A stretch of 64,000 bases of DNA from Adineta vaga (lineage: Eukaryota > Animalia > Rotifera), in assembly GCA_021613535.1 (NCBI GenBank), contig CP075495.1:12896001-12960000 (forward strand), given 5' to 3'. Positions within the stretch are counted from its first letter, which is position 1. Each line of letters opens with the position of its first letter. Positions 17,811-30,244 of this stretch are shown in pieces. The position numbers were made by a program, and so were the translations under genes. The notes below the pieces were generated by a model that saw nothing but the letters and a program-made list of their open reading frames with translations, was not told the origin of the DNA and searched no databases.

Positions 17811-18842
17811 CTAAATAGAATTAATGTGAGTTGAAAAAGTTTTTCCAAATAAAATTTACCTATCATGTGAGTCGGTCGGCTTTTACCTAACTTGTTTGCA
17901 ATCAACCATTTATAGTCAAGCATCATAACATTGATATTAATAGTAGAAAAAAAGAAAAAGAAGGTCCTGTGTCTACCTTTATTTTTTCTTCTTGTAAAAT
18001 CGATCAATTGATAAGGTATACTAGTTGGGAGACCAATCATTACAAAGCAAAGATAGAGTTCGTGACATCTATTGGAATAGAAATACAGGTAAATTGCATT
18101 TTTTATGTATGATAAAATGAATAAAATATTATGTGAAATTATAGATGGTATCGATGTGTAACTAAGCAAATTTCGAGATTGTACTGTTTTTCTTTCTAAT
18201 ACATTGAGATATCATCAGCGCAATGCAACACTCATCTATATGTTACAAGATTTGAGAAGAATGAAGAAGAAAATATGTTATAAATTTGAGTTTCGTGATT
18301 TATTTACGGAGAAAATAGGAATAAATGAAAAGTCACGAAACGACAGGTATTATAGATACTATGTACTTGATCACATAAAAGAATAAGCAACGATAAGTGG
18401 AAGGCCGTCCGTGCAGAAAAGTTTTAATTTTTTCTACATCTATAATCAGTTTCAGAGAAGAAACGGAAGTTAATTAAAAAAATATTAATATATATTTCAA
18501 CGCTCATACCATGCATTATATTTATCAGCATTTCGAAAAACGCTAGATTGTTTCATGATATTTTCCGCCAACAATAACATTCATCATCAATGTACAAAAT
18601 ATTAACAACAATATCAATTTTTCATTGCATTGAACAAAGATTGAGAAATGGACAAAGAAATATTATCCAGAGCAAAAAAAATTTTTTGATCTACTAACAG
18701 CTACAGATATGAAACATCGTTATCAGAATGATTATTTCTAGGTTATCATTTTCATGTATAAAGGTTATTGAAAATATTACTTGAGTTTTATTTTTTTTTC
18801 TTTGTTGCGCATTCAGATAACAATAATATAGACCTGGGTGTG

Positions 18843-20125
18843 ATGATATCTGGTATGAATATTCAAAATACTTGAGATTTTCTTAAAACTATCCTAGTTT
18901 TGTTATTTTAGGTACTTGGATATTTCTTTTCCTTATTTCACTATGTTGGTCAGTACCTTTGAGTCCAATACGAAAATATGATCCAGATTGTGATTATAAT
19001 ATTACACAACTGATTCAAAGTAAAGGTTATCCTTGTGAAGAACATAAAGTATTAACAGAAGATGGTTATATCTTGGGTGTTTTTCGTATTTCACATGGTC
19101 GTAATTCATCATCATCATCACCGCCAGGTCGACCTGTTCTACTTCAACATGGTCTTCTCGATGGTGCAACAACATGGGTAATGAATTTTCCAGATCAAAG
19201 TCTTGGTTATATCTTAGCTGATGCAGGCTACGATGTATGGCTTGGAAATATGCGTGGAAATTATTATTCTCGTGCTCACGTTAAATATAATCCCGATCGT
19301 GATGAACAATTTTGGGATTTTAGTTGGGACGATATGGCACGTGATGATCTACCATCAATGATTTATTATATTTTAAATGCAACAAAACATACAGAAATTG
19401 CTTATGTCGGTCATTCACAAGGAACATTGATTGCTTTTGCTGAATTTGGTCGTTTAAATAATGTTCTACAAAATAATGTTAGTTTCTGGGCAGCTTTAGC
19501 TCCCATAGCACAACTTGGTCATGTTAAATCACCCATTAAATACTTATCACCAACGTCAATTTCTCAAGAAATAGAACGTATCTGGCATTTATTATTTGGT
19601 CGAAATGAATTCTTACCATCATCATCGATCATACATTGGCTTTCGAAATATGCTTGTGATGAAACAATTATAGATAAAGAAGTTTGTGAAAATATTCTAT
19701 TTATTCTATGTGGGCCAGAAACACATAATATGAATAGTTCAAGAATTCCAGTTTATGGTGCACATGAACCTCATGGAACATCAGTCAAAAATATGATTCA
19801 TTTTGCTCAAAGTATTCAATCGAATCTATTTCAAGCTTATGATTATGGTTCACCAGAAAAAAATCAATTAAATTATAATCAAACGACACCACCTTTGTAT
19901 TCTATTCGTCCAATGAAAATACCCACAGCAATATTTTGGTCAGGTAACGATTGGCTTGCTGATCCCGTTGATGTATCTTATATATTCGATAATATCCAAA
20001 GTTTAGTCTACGAAAAATATATTGCAGATTATAATCATTTGGACTTTGTTTGGGCTATTACAGCAAATAAAGTTATCTATTCAGATTTAATCGATCAAAT
20101 GAAAAAATATCATTTACCAAATTAA
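18843..20125 (+). CDS. LIPA: Acid lipase (lysosomal acid lipase/gastric lipase family), secreted; 10-nt first coding exon plus one large exon
   Basis: MISG|TWIFLFLISLCWS signal peptide; HKVLTEDGYIL; LLQHGLL; DVWLGNMRGNYYS; nucleophile elbow GHSQG; NDWLAD; YNHLDFVW catalytic His. Confidence 0.93.
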
Positions 20126-20351
20126 TTGATGTTTTGAATTTCTTATTTGCTAAAATGTAATCTATATAAATAAATATAATTGACAAAGTTAGTTAGCTTT
20201 CTCTCTTCTTTTTAATTGGATATTGATAAAAGAGTATAACTGGCGCAGAAAACATTCGATTTGATTGTAAAGAATGGATTGCAGTTTCTATTCTTGTTTA
20301 TTTTCGTACTTTCATAAAGAAAAAAGATTTACATCGTAAAAAAAAACAGAA

Positions 20352-23300
20352 CTATGATGACGGACTACTATGTCGATGTCGACGATGTTCATTCGAAGAA
20401 CTTGTACTTCGATTATCTTCATCGGTCTGTTTTTGACGATTATGTTGCTGTTGTCGACCAGTTTCAATTGTTATGGTAGCTGAACTGGTATTTAATTCTT
20501 CTCCAGATAACGCACCATCTTCGGTTATTGGTGCTGCAGAAAATGTTAGTTTGAAGAAGTAAGGCCATTTCGATGCTATGAAAATGAAAGAATACAAATA
20601 TAAACATCAAACGTTCATGATGATATTCTATACTTACATGAATGTGGTATTGGATAATTATTTGCTAAGATTAAAGCTTCACAAGCATCCGTAATCGTTC
20701 GAAATTCAGCGAGACCAGTCACACCTCTTGGTTGATTACTATGTCGTCGATCACGATCATCTGTAATAGCGAAAATTAATAACATTTTATCATAAAATAA
20801 TTCTTACGATGGGATTCTTTTCGTGATGGAAAATTTTTAATTTTAATGGGTCGTTTAGCACCAACATCTTCAAAAAATCGGACAATATCTATTTCAGTCA
20901 TATTTGGTGGAGTATTGAAATAATACAACACATGTGATGGTCCAACAGGTCGATTTTTAATTGCTTGATCATTTGTTAAATAACGATTGTTACGGTTTGT
21001 ATCAAATTCCATATAAGAGGGATCACCATTTTCTAATGGAAATGGTCGATTTAATGGTTGAATTTCAATTTGACGTGATCGACTTTGATAGAAAAATAAA
21101 AGAAATAGAAGTAAAAGTAAAAGTATAGTTCAACATACTAAACAGAAAATGTTTGACCAAAAATAAATGTCGAACTTAAACTTTTCAAATGTTGCTGAAG
21201 ATTTTCACAACGATTCATTTGCACCATGGCTGCACCTTCTTTCGACTTAAGAAATTTAACCTAAGAAATAAAAAATATAATTGAATCGAAAAAAAAAACT
21301 ATTTCTGATGACGACATACACGTAGAACATTTCCATATACACAGAGGAAATTGAATAATCTTTCACAATTCCAACTTGGTGAAGACAGACCATCAACATT
21401 GAAGACCGAACCATCGGACTCTATTGAACGAGGAGGTGATGATTCACGGAAACGATCGGATTCACCTTGAAATGGAAGGAAACGTTGTGGACGATCGAGT
21501 GAGTCCAATTGTGGAATGGGAAAACGTGAATTATTATCAAATATTTGTGTCTGTTGCTGTTGTGATGGTGGTGGTTGGAAATTGCTTGGATTTTCCCATG
21601 ATGATGCGGACGTGGATGCTGATCGATCATTGGATGAAATACGTTGATTTAAATATCGATCTAAGGCGTTCGCTACTGGTGATACAAATCTTGCATTTGT
21701 CTAAGAAAATAATTATTATGACAATTCCATCAAATATTTGCTTAAAAACATACCGAAAACGAATCATTATTAACCATTGAAGGTTCTAAAAAGAAATAAA
21801 AGCAAAAGATAGATAAGTGACAGGCAATTCTTCTCATACCAAAACGATCAGTTGATGATGCTGAGGATGCTGGTGGTGATGAAAGTAAAGTTTTTCGACG
21901 GCCATATCCTAGAAAGAAATATCGAATGTAGAGACAACTGTTCAATACAAACGAATCATTTTGAGAGAAGAAAAAAACTAGAATTGTTTTTGTACATGAA
22001 TAATTCCTTGTTCATCCGTAACGTCTGCAATCTAAATAGAAAAAAAAAGTATATCAATGACACTATTCAGAAGTGAAAATATGTATAAAAGATGAGATTG
22101 GTAAATGAATCAAAATGTGAAATTATTAGTATGATTTGAAAAATTTTATATTACATAAGATATGTGATAACTATTTAGATATAATTTATAGATTAGAATC
22201 AACATATATATATATATATAGGTCACTGTTTAATCGCTTTCAACTGAAAATTTGAATGATTTCAAGTAATCTAGAAATCTGTATACGGAGAAATATCTAT
22301 GTTATATGGACTGAGTAGTAGACGCAAAGAGATTTTTATTGTGTGTATCAGTGTTATACAAAGAGAAGAGTTTAAAATCATCATATATTTGTGTTTCGAA
22401 ATTATAGTTTAAAAAAAAACTTCATATCTGGTCAAGAAATAGAATAGTTCTAGTTATGTAATATACTTTTTAAACTATATAGTTATTTATAATCGCAAGA
22501 AACAACAAGATATATTCTTATTTTACAGTTTGTTAGATAAAATTAATTCAATAGTAATGTACTGATATGGTTTTTTATCATTTATCTTACTTACATTTTT
22601 ATATTTGTTCAGATGAATATTAAATAATGATAATTGATAATGCAGTTTCGTATTCATTTGCAATGATATTTAAAAGATATAATTAATTATATATATATAC
22701 ATATATGTATATGTACCGACCAATCTGATATAAATTATCGTCATTTTAAATAAATATTTCTTATATATTTAGTTTTATACGTGCTATTAGATGTTTGTTT
22801 GTTGTTGATATTCAATGTAATATTAAGATTTCATGCTTATGATCATATTTTCTTTTCCAAATACTTGTTAGATATGTTGAATGATTTATATGAGATTGAA
22901 TTTCGAATGAAAAAAAGAAAGAAATCAATTCTTATCATAGACTTACTGTTATCATCCACTGTTAAATCAAGATTATCTTGATCATTACCACGAACAACAA
23001 GATGCTTGAGCTAAATGAAATAAAAAATCTATTTAGATAGGTACAATATGAGAAAAAAAAGTTTTTTACATTAGCAAAATCAATTTTCAATGTGCAACAA
23101 CCAGAATAAATATCAGCCTAGAAAAGAAAGAAGAAATGAAGGTTGAAAAAGAAATAAGAAACAAAACTTACACCATCCAATTCAGCTTTTACTCTTCTAG
23201 CTGTATCTGTCGAATCAAATTCAATAAGAACTTGAATAGAACGTTTACGTAATATACATATACGTAAAATTTGTCCAGTTATTGAGCAGATTTTACGAAT

Positions 23301-23763
23301 GACATCCTGAAATTGAAAAACAAGTAACGTTTTTGTTTATAAATTGCACCGCAAAATTTACTAATGTTATCGGATATTTGGCATTTTGAACTGTAAAACA
23401 AAGAACAGTTGTTTCATGCATTGCAATATTTGTGAATAGGCCAAGAGCTCTACAAACAAAAATAAACTATGATCGAAAACAAAAAGAGAATTTTTCTATT
23501 TGTCCATACTCTGATCGTTGATCAATATCATTTCTTTCCAAAAATGTCGCATTATTATTATTGTTATTGTTGTCATCATCAAATGAATCCCATTTCATAC
23601 GTTGAGTACTACTCATATTATCGTGACGAAAATCATCACTACGCATACGTTTAACACCTTGTCCTCCATAACTTCCCGTATTACTTGAATGATTATTATT
23701 ATTATTATTATTATTATTTGGAACGTAATTATTGGAATTTCCACGATGATGTTGTTGTTGCAT
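20352..23763 (-). CDS. HNRNPL: hnRNP L-like RNA-binding protein (smooth/HNRNPL family) with three RRMs; multi-exon
   Basis: VLCFTVQNAKYPITLDVIRKIC...LDGADIYSGCCTLKIDFA (RRM2); WNCERLFNFLCVYGNVLRVKFLKSKEGAAMVQM (RRM3); NRNNRY...PSHVLYYFNTPP...ALILANNYPI...PYFFKLTFS (RRM4). Confidence 0.92.
23692..23718. repeat. (AAT)n repeat encoding poly-Asn in the hnRNP L N-terminus
   Basis: attattatt run on the + strand, translating as NNNNNNNN on the - strand. Confidence 0.85.
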
Positions 23764-24809
23764 ACTTAAAATAAACAATCGATAGTAGAAGATAGATAAG
23801 AAAATTTCGTAAATAATATTAGCATTACTTGCGACGGGGACCAGGCATATAATGTGACGAATTGGAATACATACGTTTGTCCATGATATCAAAAAGGTAT
23901 TATTAAGTTTGATTTTGTTCTTCGTTTGGCGATATAATATAATGAACCGATTTGGGTGAGTAGAAAAGAAGAAAAAGATGAAAAAAAAGGAGAAAAATGA
24001 TTATTGGACAAAGTATTGAATCAATGAAATGAAAAGAGAATGAATGAGCTTGAAACAAAGAATGGATGTCGCACTAAGTTCATACAATAATATTTAAAAA
24101 CACAAATTCAGGTTTAGAAAAAGTAGGGAATATTTAGAAAATTACGTGGAAACAATAAAATAATATTTTCTTTTCATTCTAGGTTATACATCGAATTGTA
24201 TCACTGCGTTTAATACATACACTCTATGGGAGATGATGAGCATCTAAAATGGAATTGATTATTTATATATCACATTCTGTCATGTCATACAAGAATTTAG
24301 TATTGAAAGCATTCGATGAATGTAATATATGTGGTTTCGTCTCTTAAATTTTCATAAACAAAAAATTCAATTGAATATTCGAACATCAATCTTTAGATTT
24401 CAATCATAGGTGATACTGTACATAGTTAAATTGTTGCAATAAGGTACTTCTGTGAACGCCGTTTGATTATTGAATTCAACGTAGTGAATAAATATTCTCA
24501 AACATTCAATGAATCAGATAAAAGTTTAAAGAACAATATTTCTTTCTTTCTTTTTTTCTTTCATAAGATATTTATATAATAACATCACAATTCTTTTGCG
24601 TTCATAAAATCAGACGTTTCTATTGCGCAAAATAGTTAAAAATCCAAAATGACTTTTGTCATTTTTTTAAGCAATCTATTAGTAACGTGTATATACAACA
24701 ACATGTTCTGTCTGTACTTCATTGACAACATAGAAAAACACAGAACGAACAAGAAAAAATAGGCAATATGTATGAATCATAACCAAATAGAAACTAGCAA
24801 ACGCGTCAT

Positions 24810-24833
24810 CCACGTCATCATATGAGGACGTGG
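24810..24833. promoter_or_regulatory. 24-bp near-perfect palindrome with bZIP (XBP1/CREB3/ATF6-type TGACGTGG) sites, upstream of FBXO4
   Basis: CCACGTCATCAT|ATGAGGACGTGG (one mismatch). A GC-rich island in the AT-rich divergent promoter of hnRNP L and FBXO4. Confidence 0.5.
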
Positions 24834-24920
24834 CTGTTTCGGCGTCTTCTGAGCATGAGTGTATAGTATAAAAAACAACAACAATGTCATTTACCATAGC
24901 TTTTTTTTTCGATAATAACC

Positions 24921-26172
24921 ATGGAAAATATTCAATCGACTATTCAACAGATGCTTAATGAAGATAAAAGACGTGATACATTCAAATTTCTAACCTCATT
25001 AACTGGCCTAAAACTTAATCGAGAGCAGGTAAATATATTGATTTATTTTTATTCATGACTATTAACCTGTTTTTTTCTTCTTCTTAATCAAGGTTTTTGT
25101 CATTGGTGGTGGTCAACAATTTTCTCATCGACATTCAACAACGAATAATTCTGGTGAACAAAAAATGTCAACTGATAACAATAATACAGATCTATCCATA
25201 CTTGATCTTCCTGATGAAGTCTATCTTCATCTTTTTTCATTTTTTAATCCAATTGATCTTTGTCAAATATCAAATGTCTGTAAAAAATGGTATCGTTTAG
25301 CAACAGATGATAATTTTTGGCGACAACGTCTTTTACATGATATGAGATCATGGTCATCCATCAGCTCTCGTTCAAATCCATTGAGTTACATTCTTGTTCA
25401 ATCAGATCGTTCACAAAAAGAAATTTATCTTTCATGTGCACCGAAAATTCATCGTTCTTCGAATCAAATTGATGAAAAACTACTCTATTTTTCACATCTT
25501 TCAAATTATGTTCGTAGTTGGTTTATTGGATCGAAAGATTTAATTATGTTTGGACCTGGTTTAGACAGTTATACATCACCCTTAGTCAAAAATCTTCTTT
25601 GGGATGAATCAAAACGTTTTCAAACGATGGGAATGATTCCTGGACATGCCGGATTCGGATCTGGTATTAAAATTAAATTACAAAGTTATGTTTTCAATTT
25701 AATCACATTATATACCAACTGTATGAAAGAACGTGAAAATCGTAACAATTCAGATCGATTAATTACTAATAATCGTCTTGTTCGTGCTAATGATATCAAT
25801 GATTTCGATATAAGTCCACAAGTTCGAGATGTTTGTCGAGAAGCGTATGGTCTTGTTTATGTTATCGAAGCTAGTCGTGAAAATAAATTAACTGACTTCT
25901 GCACAGAATTACAAGTGATGACTAGAGAATTTAGTGATATACCATTATTAATATTATCATGTATACGAGATGCAGAAACAAAACGTTGGTCAACAATTGA
26001 TGTTGTTCGTGATTTACAATTAAGTTCACTCGGTAATCAATGGTCAGTACAAGATTGTTGTGTTGATGATATGAATGGTGTTGAAGATGGGTTCATGTGG
26101 TTACTTCAATCAAAAAACAATAACAATCTCTTTTTTACTGCAACTAATGAATCAGAACCGATGAATGTATAA
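24921..26172 (+). CDS. FBXO4: F-box only protein 4; 2 exons (24921-25028, 25093-26172)
   Basis: F-box LDLPDEVYLHLFSFFNPIDLCQISNVCKKWYRLATDDNFWR; FBXO4-type GTPase-like domain MFGPGLD...GFGSGI...FNLITLY; PLLILSC...WSVQD...GFMWL. Confidence 0.9.
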
Positions 26173-26285
26173 TTGATTTTTTTAAATTATATGTATAGAA
26201 AACCGAAACGTAACGACTTGTTTTTGTAAATAAAATAGAAAGTACAGTTATTCATTATTTTATTATTAAAGCAAAGTCACAATAC

Positions 26286-27204
26286 ATAGGGTGATCCAAA
26301 AGTTCCTGGAGCACTCCTTTATTTTCTTCAGGAAATGATATTCCATCTATCTCTCTGCATCTTATATTCGAGGTAGTTGTCGTTATGTTACACACAAAGT
26401 TTCATCGTATCCATTCACTCTTAAGGTATTTTTTCTCACTAAACAATATGCATTGAAATATTCACTCTGATTATTACTCTCTGTTAAATGTTATAGCTGA
26501 TATTCAACATAACTTAACTGGAATTGATTTTAACAACCAAGAGTCTGATAGTCTGACGCAAGATAAATATGGTTAACGAACTTTCGTTACGTTTTTGGTC
26601 ACTTTTGAGTAAATAATAATGTTATTACATATGTTGGTAAAAAAATCATAATTTTAAAAAGTCATAAAACTAACCATTTTGATACTTTTTTATTCTATGA
26701 TTTTTGATTTAACAATATTAACGTTAATAACTGATACGGATACTATTAGTGATTGAATTGAGAAGTACTTTGTGATAAATAAGATTCAAAATCTTAAGAA
26801 TATCAGTAAATCTAGTTATTTTTGCTTTGGTTACAGTAATGAATGTCGTTTGAAGAAACTGTTTCTTTTGTTAACCTTATTTTGGATCATCTTTTGATTA
26901 CACATTGTTGTGATTAAACTAAGCCTATCAACTACTTATTATATCACTTGAAATCTGTTTTTCCTAACCATTCTTTGACTTTCTGAAAGATCAGAAACAT
27001 TACTGAAATTTCATCAATAATGAGAGTGAATATTCAATGCATATTGTTTAGTGAGAAAAAATACCTTAAGAGTGAATGGATACGATGAAACTTTGTGTGT
27101 AATATAACGACAACTACCTCGAATATAAGATGCAGAGAGATAGATGGAATATCATTTCCTGAAGAAAATAAAGGAGTGGTCCGGGAACTTTTGGAGCACC
27201 CTAT
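26286..27204. mobile_element. Non-autonomous DNA transposon (MITE/foldback, Tc1/mariner-like ends), ~920 bp
   Basis: ~190 bp TIRs (26286-26475 vs 27016-27204; about 6 differences counted by eye); ends ATAGGGTG...CACCCTAT with TA at the boundaries; no internal transposase ORF. Confidence 0.9.
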
Positions 27205-27731
27205 CTATATAAAATACAACGAACAGATTTTATATTTGATCATGAAATTTGAATAATTTAAATCACTATGATATTTCATTGTATGAATTATTATTGAACT
27301 CTTCTCATGTATCTTTTAATTAAAAATAGCACTATTTCTACTAAATTATTACATCTAAATATAGTTGTAAAGATAATTTAAATAAATTATTAAGTTTTGT
27401 TTGCTCTCCATATCATATATCATGCATTGAACGTACTGAAAATCCCATTAGGATTTCGAAAAGTTAATACTTACTTAGATTAACTATGCTATTCTCTAAA
27501 GTATATCATATATCGATCACAAAAGAATGTTTTGTATTACTCTTTCATTTTTACGAACAACAAAAATAACAAATAATGAATTACAGTAATTCATACATAG
27601 ATATTGCTATAGATTTTAATACCAATGAACATTTAGTTTATTCCATGAAGTTTTCATACTGACACTTTAAACTAGATAATAAGAATAATATATACAATGA
27701 AATATGAAGAGGAAAACACAATCTTGATCGA

Positions 27732-29012
27732 CTATTTCAAATCAATAAAATCATCATCATGTTCTGTCAATAATTGTACTTGTTCTCGTTCTTTTTTCAA
27801 TGTTCGTAGTGCGTGTTTTAATACATAGGCAACAATTTCAGCGGATAAATCTTTATAAACTAAATCTTCAATATCATTTGATGAAAGACGTCGTGGTCGA
27901 ATTGTTTCATTGAATTCTTCGATAAATTCGTATTGCGAACATTTTTTCGTCGAAATTTCATCAATACTTTCCATTAAAATCCTATCAGCAAGTGTATGAG
28001 CATTACGAACAATTGTATTTCGATCATTAGTTGAATATTGAGTACTGCTATCACTATCACTATCATTGTCAACATCATCTGCAAATGACACACTTTTACG
28101 ATATTGTAAATGTTTTTTTCGTGAAGATTTTTCAGACAACGTTGAAGGCTTTTTGATTGCATCATTAGGCGTTGTATTATCGGATGTTCGTCGTTTTGTT
28201 GATGGTGATAGAGTGTTTTTTACTCTGTCAAATATCGATTTAATTGAACCACTTGTATCAATATCAATTATTTCAAGCGGTGAAGATGATGATGTCGATC
28301 CTTGACGTAGACGAGATGAGGTTTCATCGTCACGATCTGTTGTAGTACGATTTTCCGAAGTTGGACGACTTAGATCACGTTTAAATGCAAGAATAGGTCG
28401 TGCTAAAAGAAAAAAAAGAACAAAAATAAACGATATTTTCTTCGGCAATGATTGCATGTTCATTGAGTCAATAAACAGAATGTTTTTCTTCTTTTTCTAT
28501 TCGAGTTTATATATATATATCATTAAACCGTCAACGAACATTTCTTCGCGTAATGCTTTCCTCTAAAACGGAACTCTAAAGTAGAATATTATCGGATTTT
28601 TTTCTTCGAAACTACATCCGATACTAATAGTTACCGTCGATAATTAAAAATTAATATATGTATATATATATATATTCTTTTGTTCTAAAAAAAGCTATTC
28701 ATGTATGATACTGATGATGGATAGCCGCACAACAAAAGGTAACATAAAAGATTAATAATAACGATACTGTAGAACTTCCGTTTTCTTCCCCATCTTCTTG
28801 TTAATCAATGTAAAATCTGCTTCTTTCAATATCAACTATTTTCCATGTAAATAATATATCGAATATGTGATTCATTCAGTAGATTTATTAGTGGAATTTG
28901 TGTATTCGATCTACTTACCAATACGTTGTTCAAAAACACCTTGAACTGCATTGCTGTAAGATTTTAATTGGCCAAAGAGATTACTTTTAAACGTATCAAC
29001 TGGAAATGCCAT
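27732..29012 (-). CDS. Orphan disordered protein with a PP1 RVxF motif and two AKAP-like amphipathic helices; 2 exons (29012-28919, 28402-27732)
   Basis: MAFPVDTFKSNLFGQLKSYSNAVQGVFEQRI G|gtaagt joins ag|CA in frame to the 243-aa ORF; motifs RKSVSF, AHTLADRILMES, SAEIVAYVLKHA. Confidence 0.75.
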
Positions 29013-30226
29013 CGAGATTTTCAATGAATATGTAACACTTTTCTAGAATAGAGAAAATATAAGAAATATGGAAGACGCAAGTAACAAGCATTCATTTCTT
29101 ATGTTACTATTTTCTTTTTCTTCGTCTCTTCTTCGCTTTCTACATCACATCGAGACTAGGATTTAACATCAACATCCTTCCATAGACGTTCTTCCTTCTT
29201 TCTATTGTTTTTTCTCTTTATACTATATCTCTCCGTTTCTTCATCTCATCATCATGTGCTCAGTTTTCTGTTGTAGCGAATTATAAGAAAAACATCGACG
29301 GAATACATATCGAATCACAATTGAATACACAGATTATTCGATCTGTGTGTTAACTTTCTATTTTGTACTTGCATGTTATTATGACGAAGATAACATTCTA
29401 ACAAAATTGACATACACAATATAAGAGCACGAGCAAATAATTTCCGTTTTGTTTTTTTTCTCCTCGGATAAAAAATAAAAAAAAAATTGTTCGCTAACAT
29501 GGTTCGTGATCAACTAGTTTGTCTTAAATGCAGTTATTTATCGGATTGATCTATAGATCGATAAAAAAATTAATGAGATATTGTGTTAAAATTCTATTAA
29601 TTATAGGTTCTTGGATATTTTATCGAGATATTTCTACATTGAGAGATGATGAATGATAACGTTTGCTTCTTTTTTTCTTCTCTCAATCAACTTTCAATGC
29701 TTCGCCGGAACTTCTCATTATTATGTTTATGGAAAAGAAAAAATGGAAATACCCAGCGAAGTTCAGAGGCGAACGTTGCGAGAAAAAAAGAAAGGATCTT
29801 ATTAAACTAAATCATTTCTTCTCTTCTATATTCTCTTGAAAGGATTGCAGCGATATCGACTACGGCATAGCATCAACGATAATCATTTGTCTTTTTATAC
29901 TTCAAAAAAAACTAAATATACACAAGAGCAGATAGAGTGCCCATTTTCCTGTTCTCCATATATATATATATTGGATTTGAATAATAAATGAAAATGACAG
30001 TGAGAAGAAGAAGAGAAGAAGCATCTGAGTCTTTAAGAGTAGTGATTCACAACAGTTGACTAGATGCTCAATAGAAAATTTTCTTTTTTCGACGGTGAAC
30101 GATGTGCATAGATGAACAAACTATTAATTATGAAAGAGAATTTTTTATCAGAAATAAAAAATAAGATGATTGATATGCGTATGTTTTTCAATGTATCAAA
30201 ACAAAATGAAAAGAATAAATTATGCG

Positions 30227-30244
30227 CGCACACACACACACACA
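30227..30244. repeat. (CA)n microsatellite
   Basis: gcgcgcacacacacacacaca tract. Confidence 0.85.

Noticed and set aside
17807-18386. ORFs upstream of KDM3 as extra coding exons
   Set aside because: Splicing 17860->17810 puts them out of frame (stop after 4 codons); more likely 5' UTR or uORFs.
24831-24856. CAGAAGA-CGCC-GAAAC on the - strand resembling a hammerhead core
   Set aside because: The core has CA instead of the invariant CU, and there is no stem I with an NUH site.
26476-27015. Transposase remnant inside the MITE
   Set aside because: The frames I read are interrupted by stops, and no DDE/D or HTH motif is visible.
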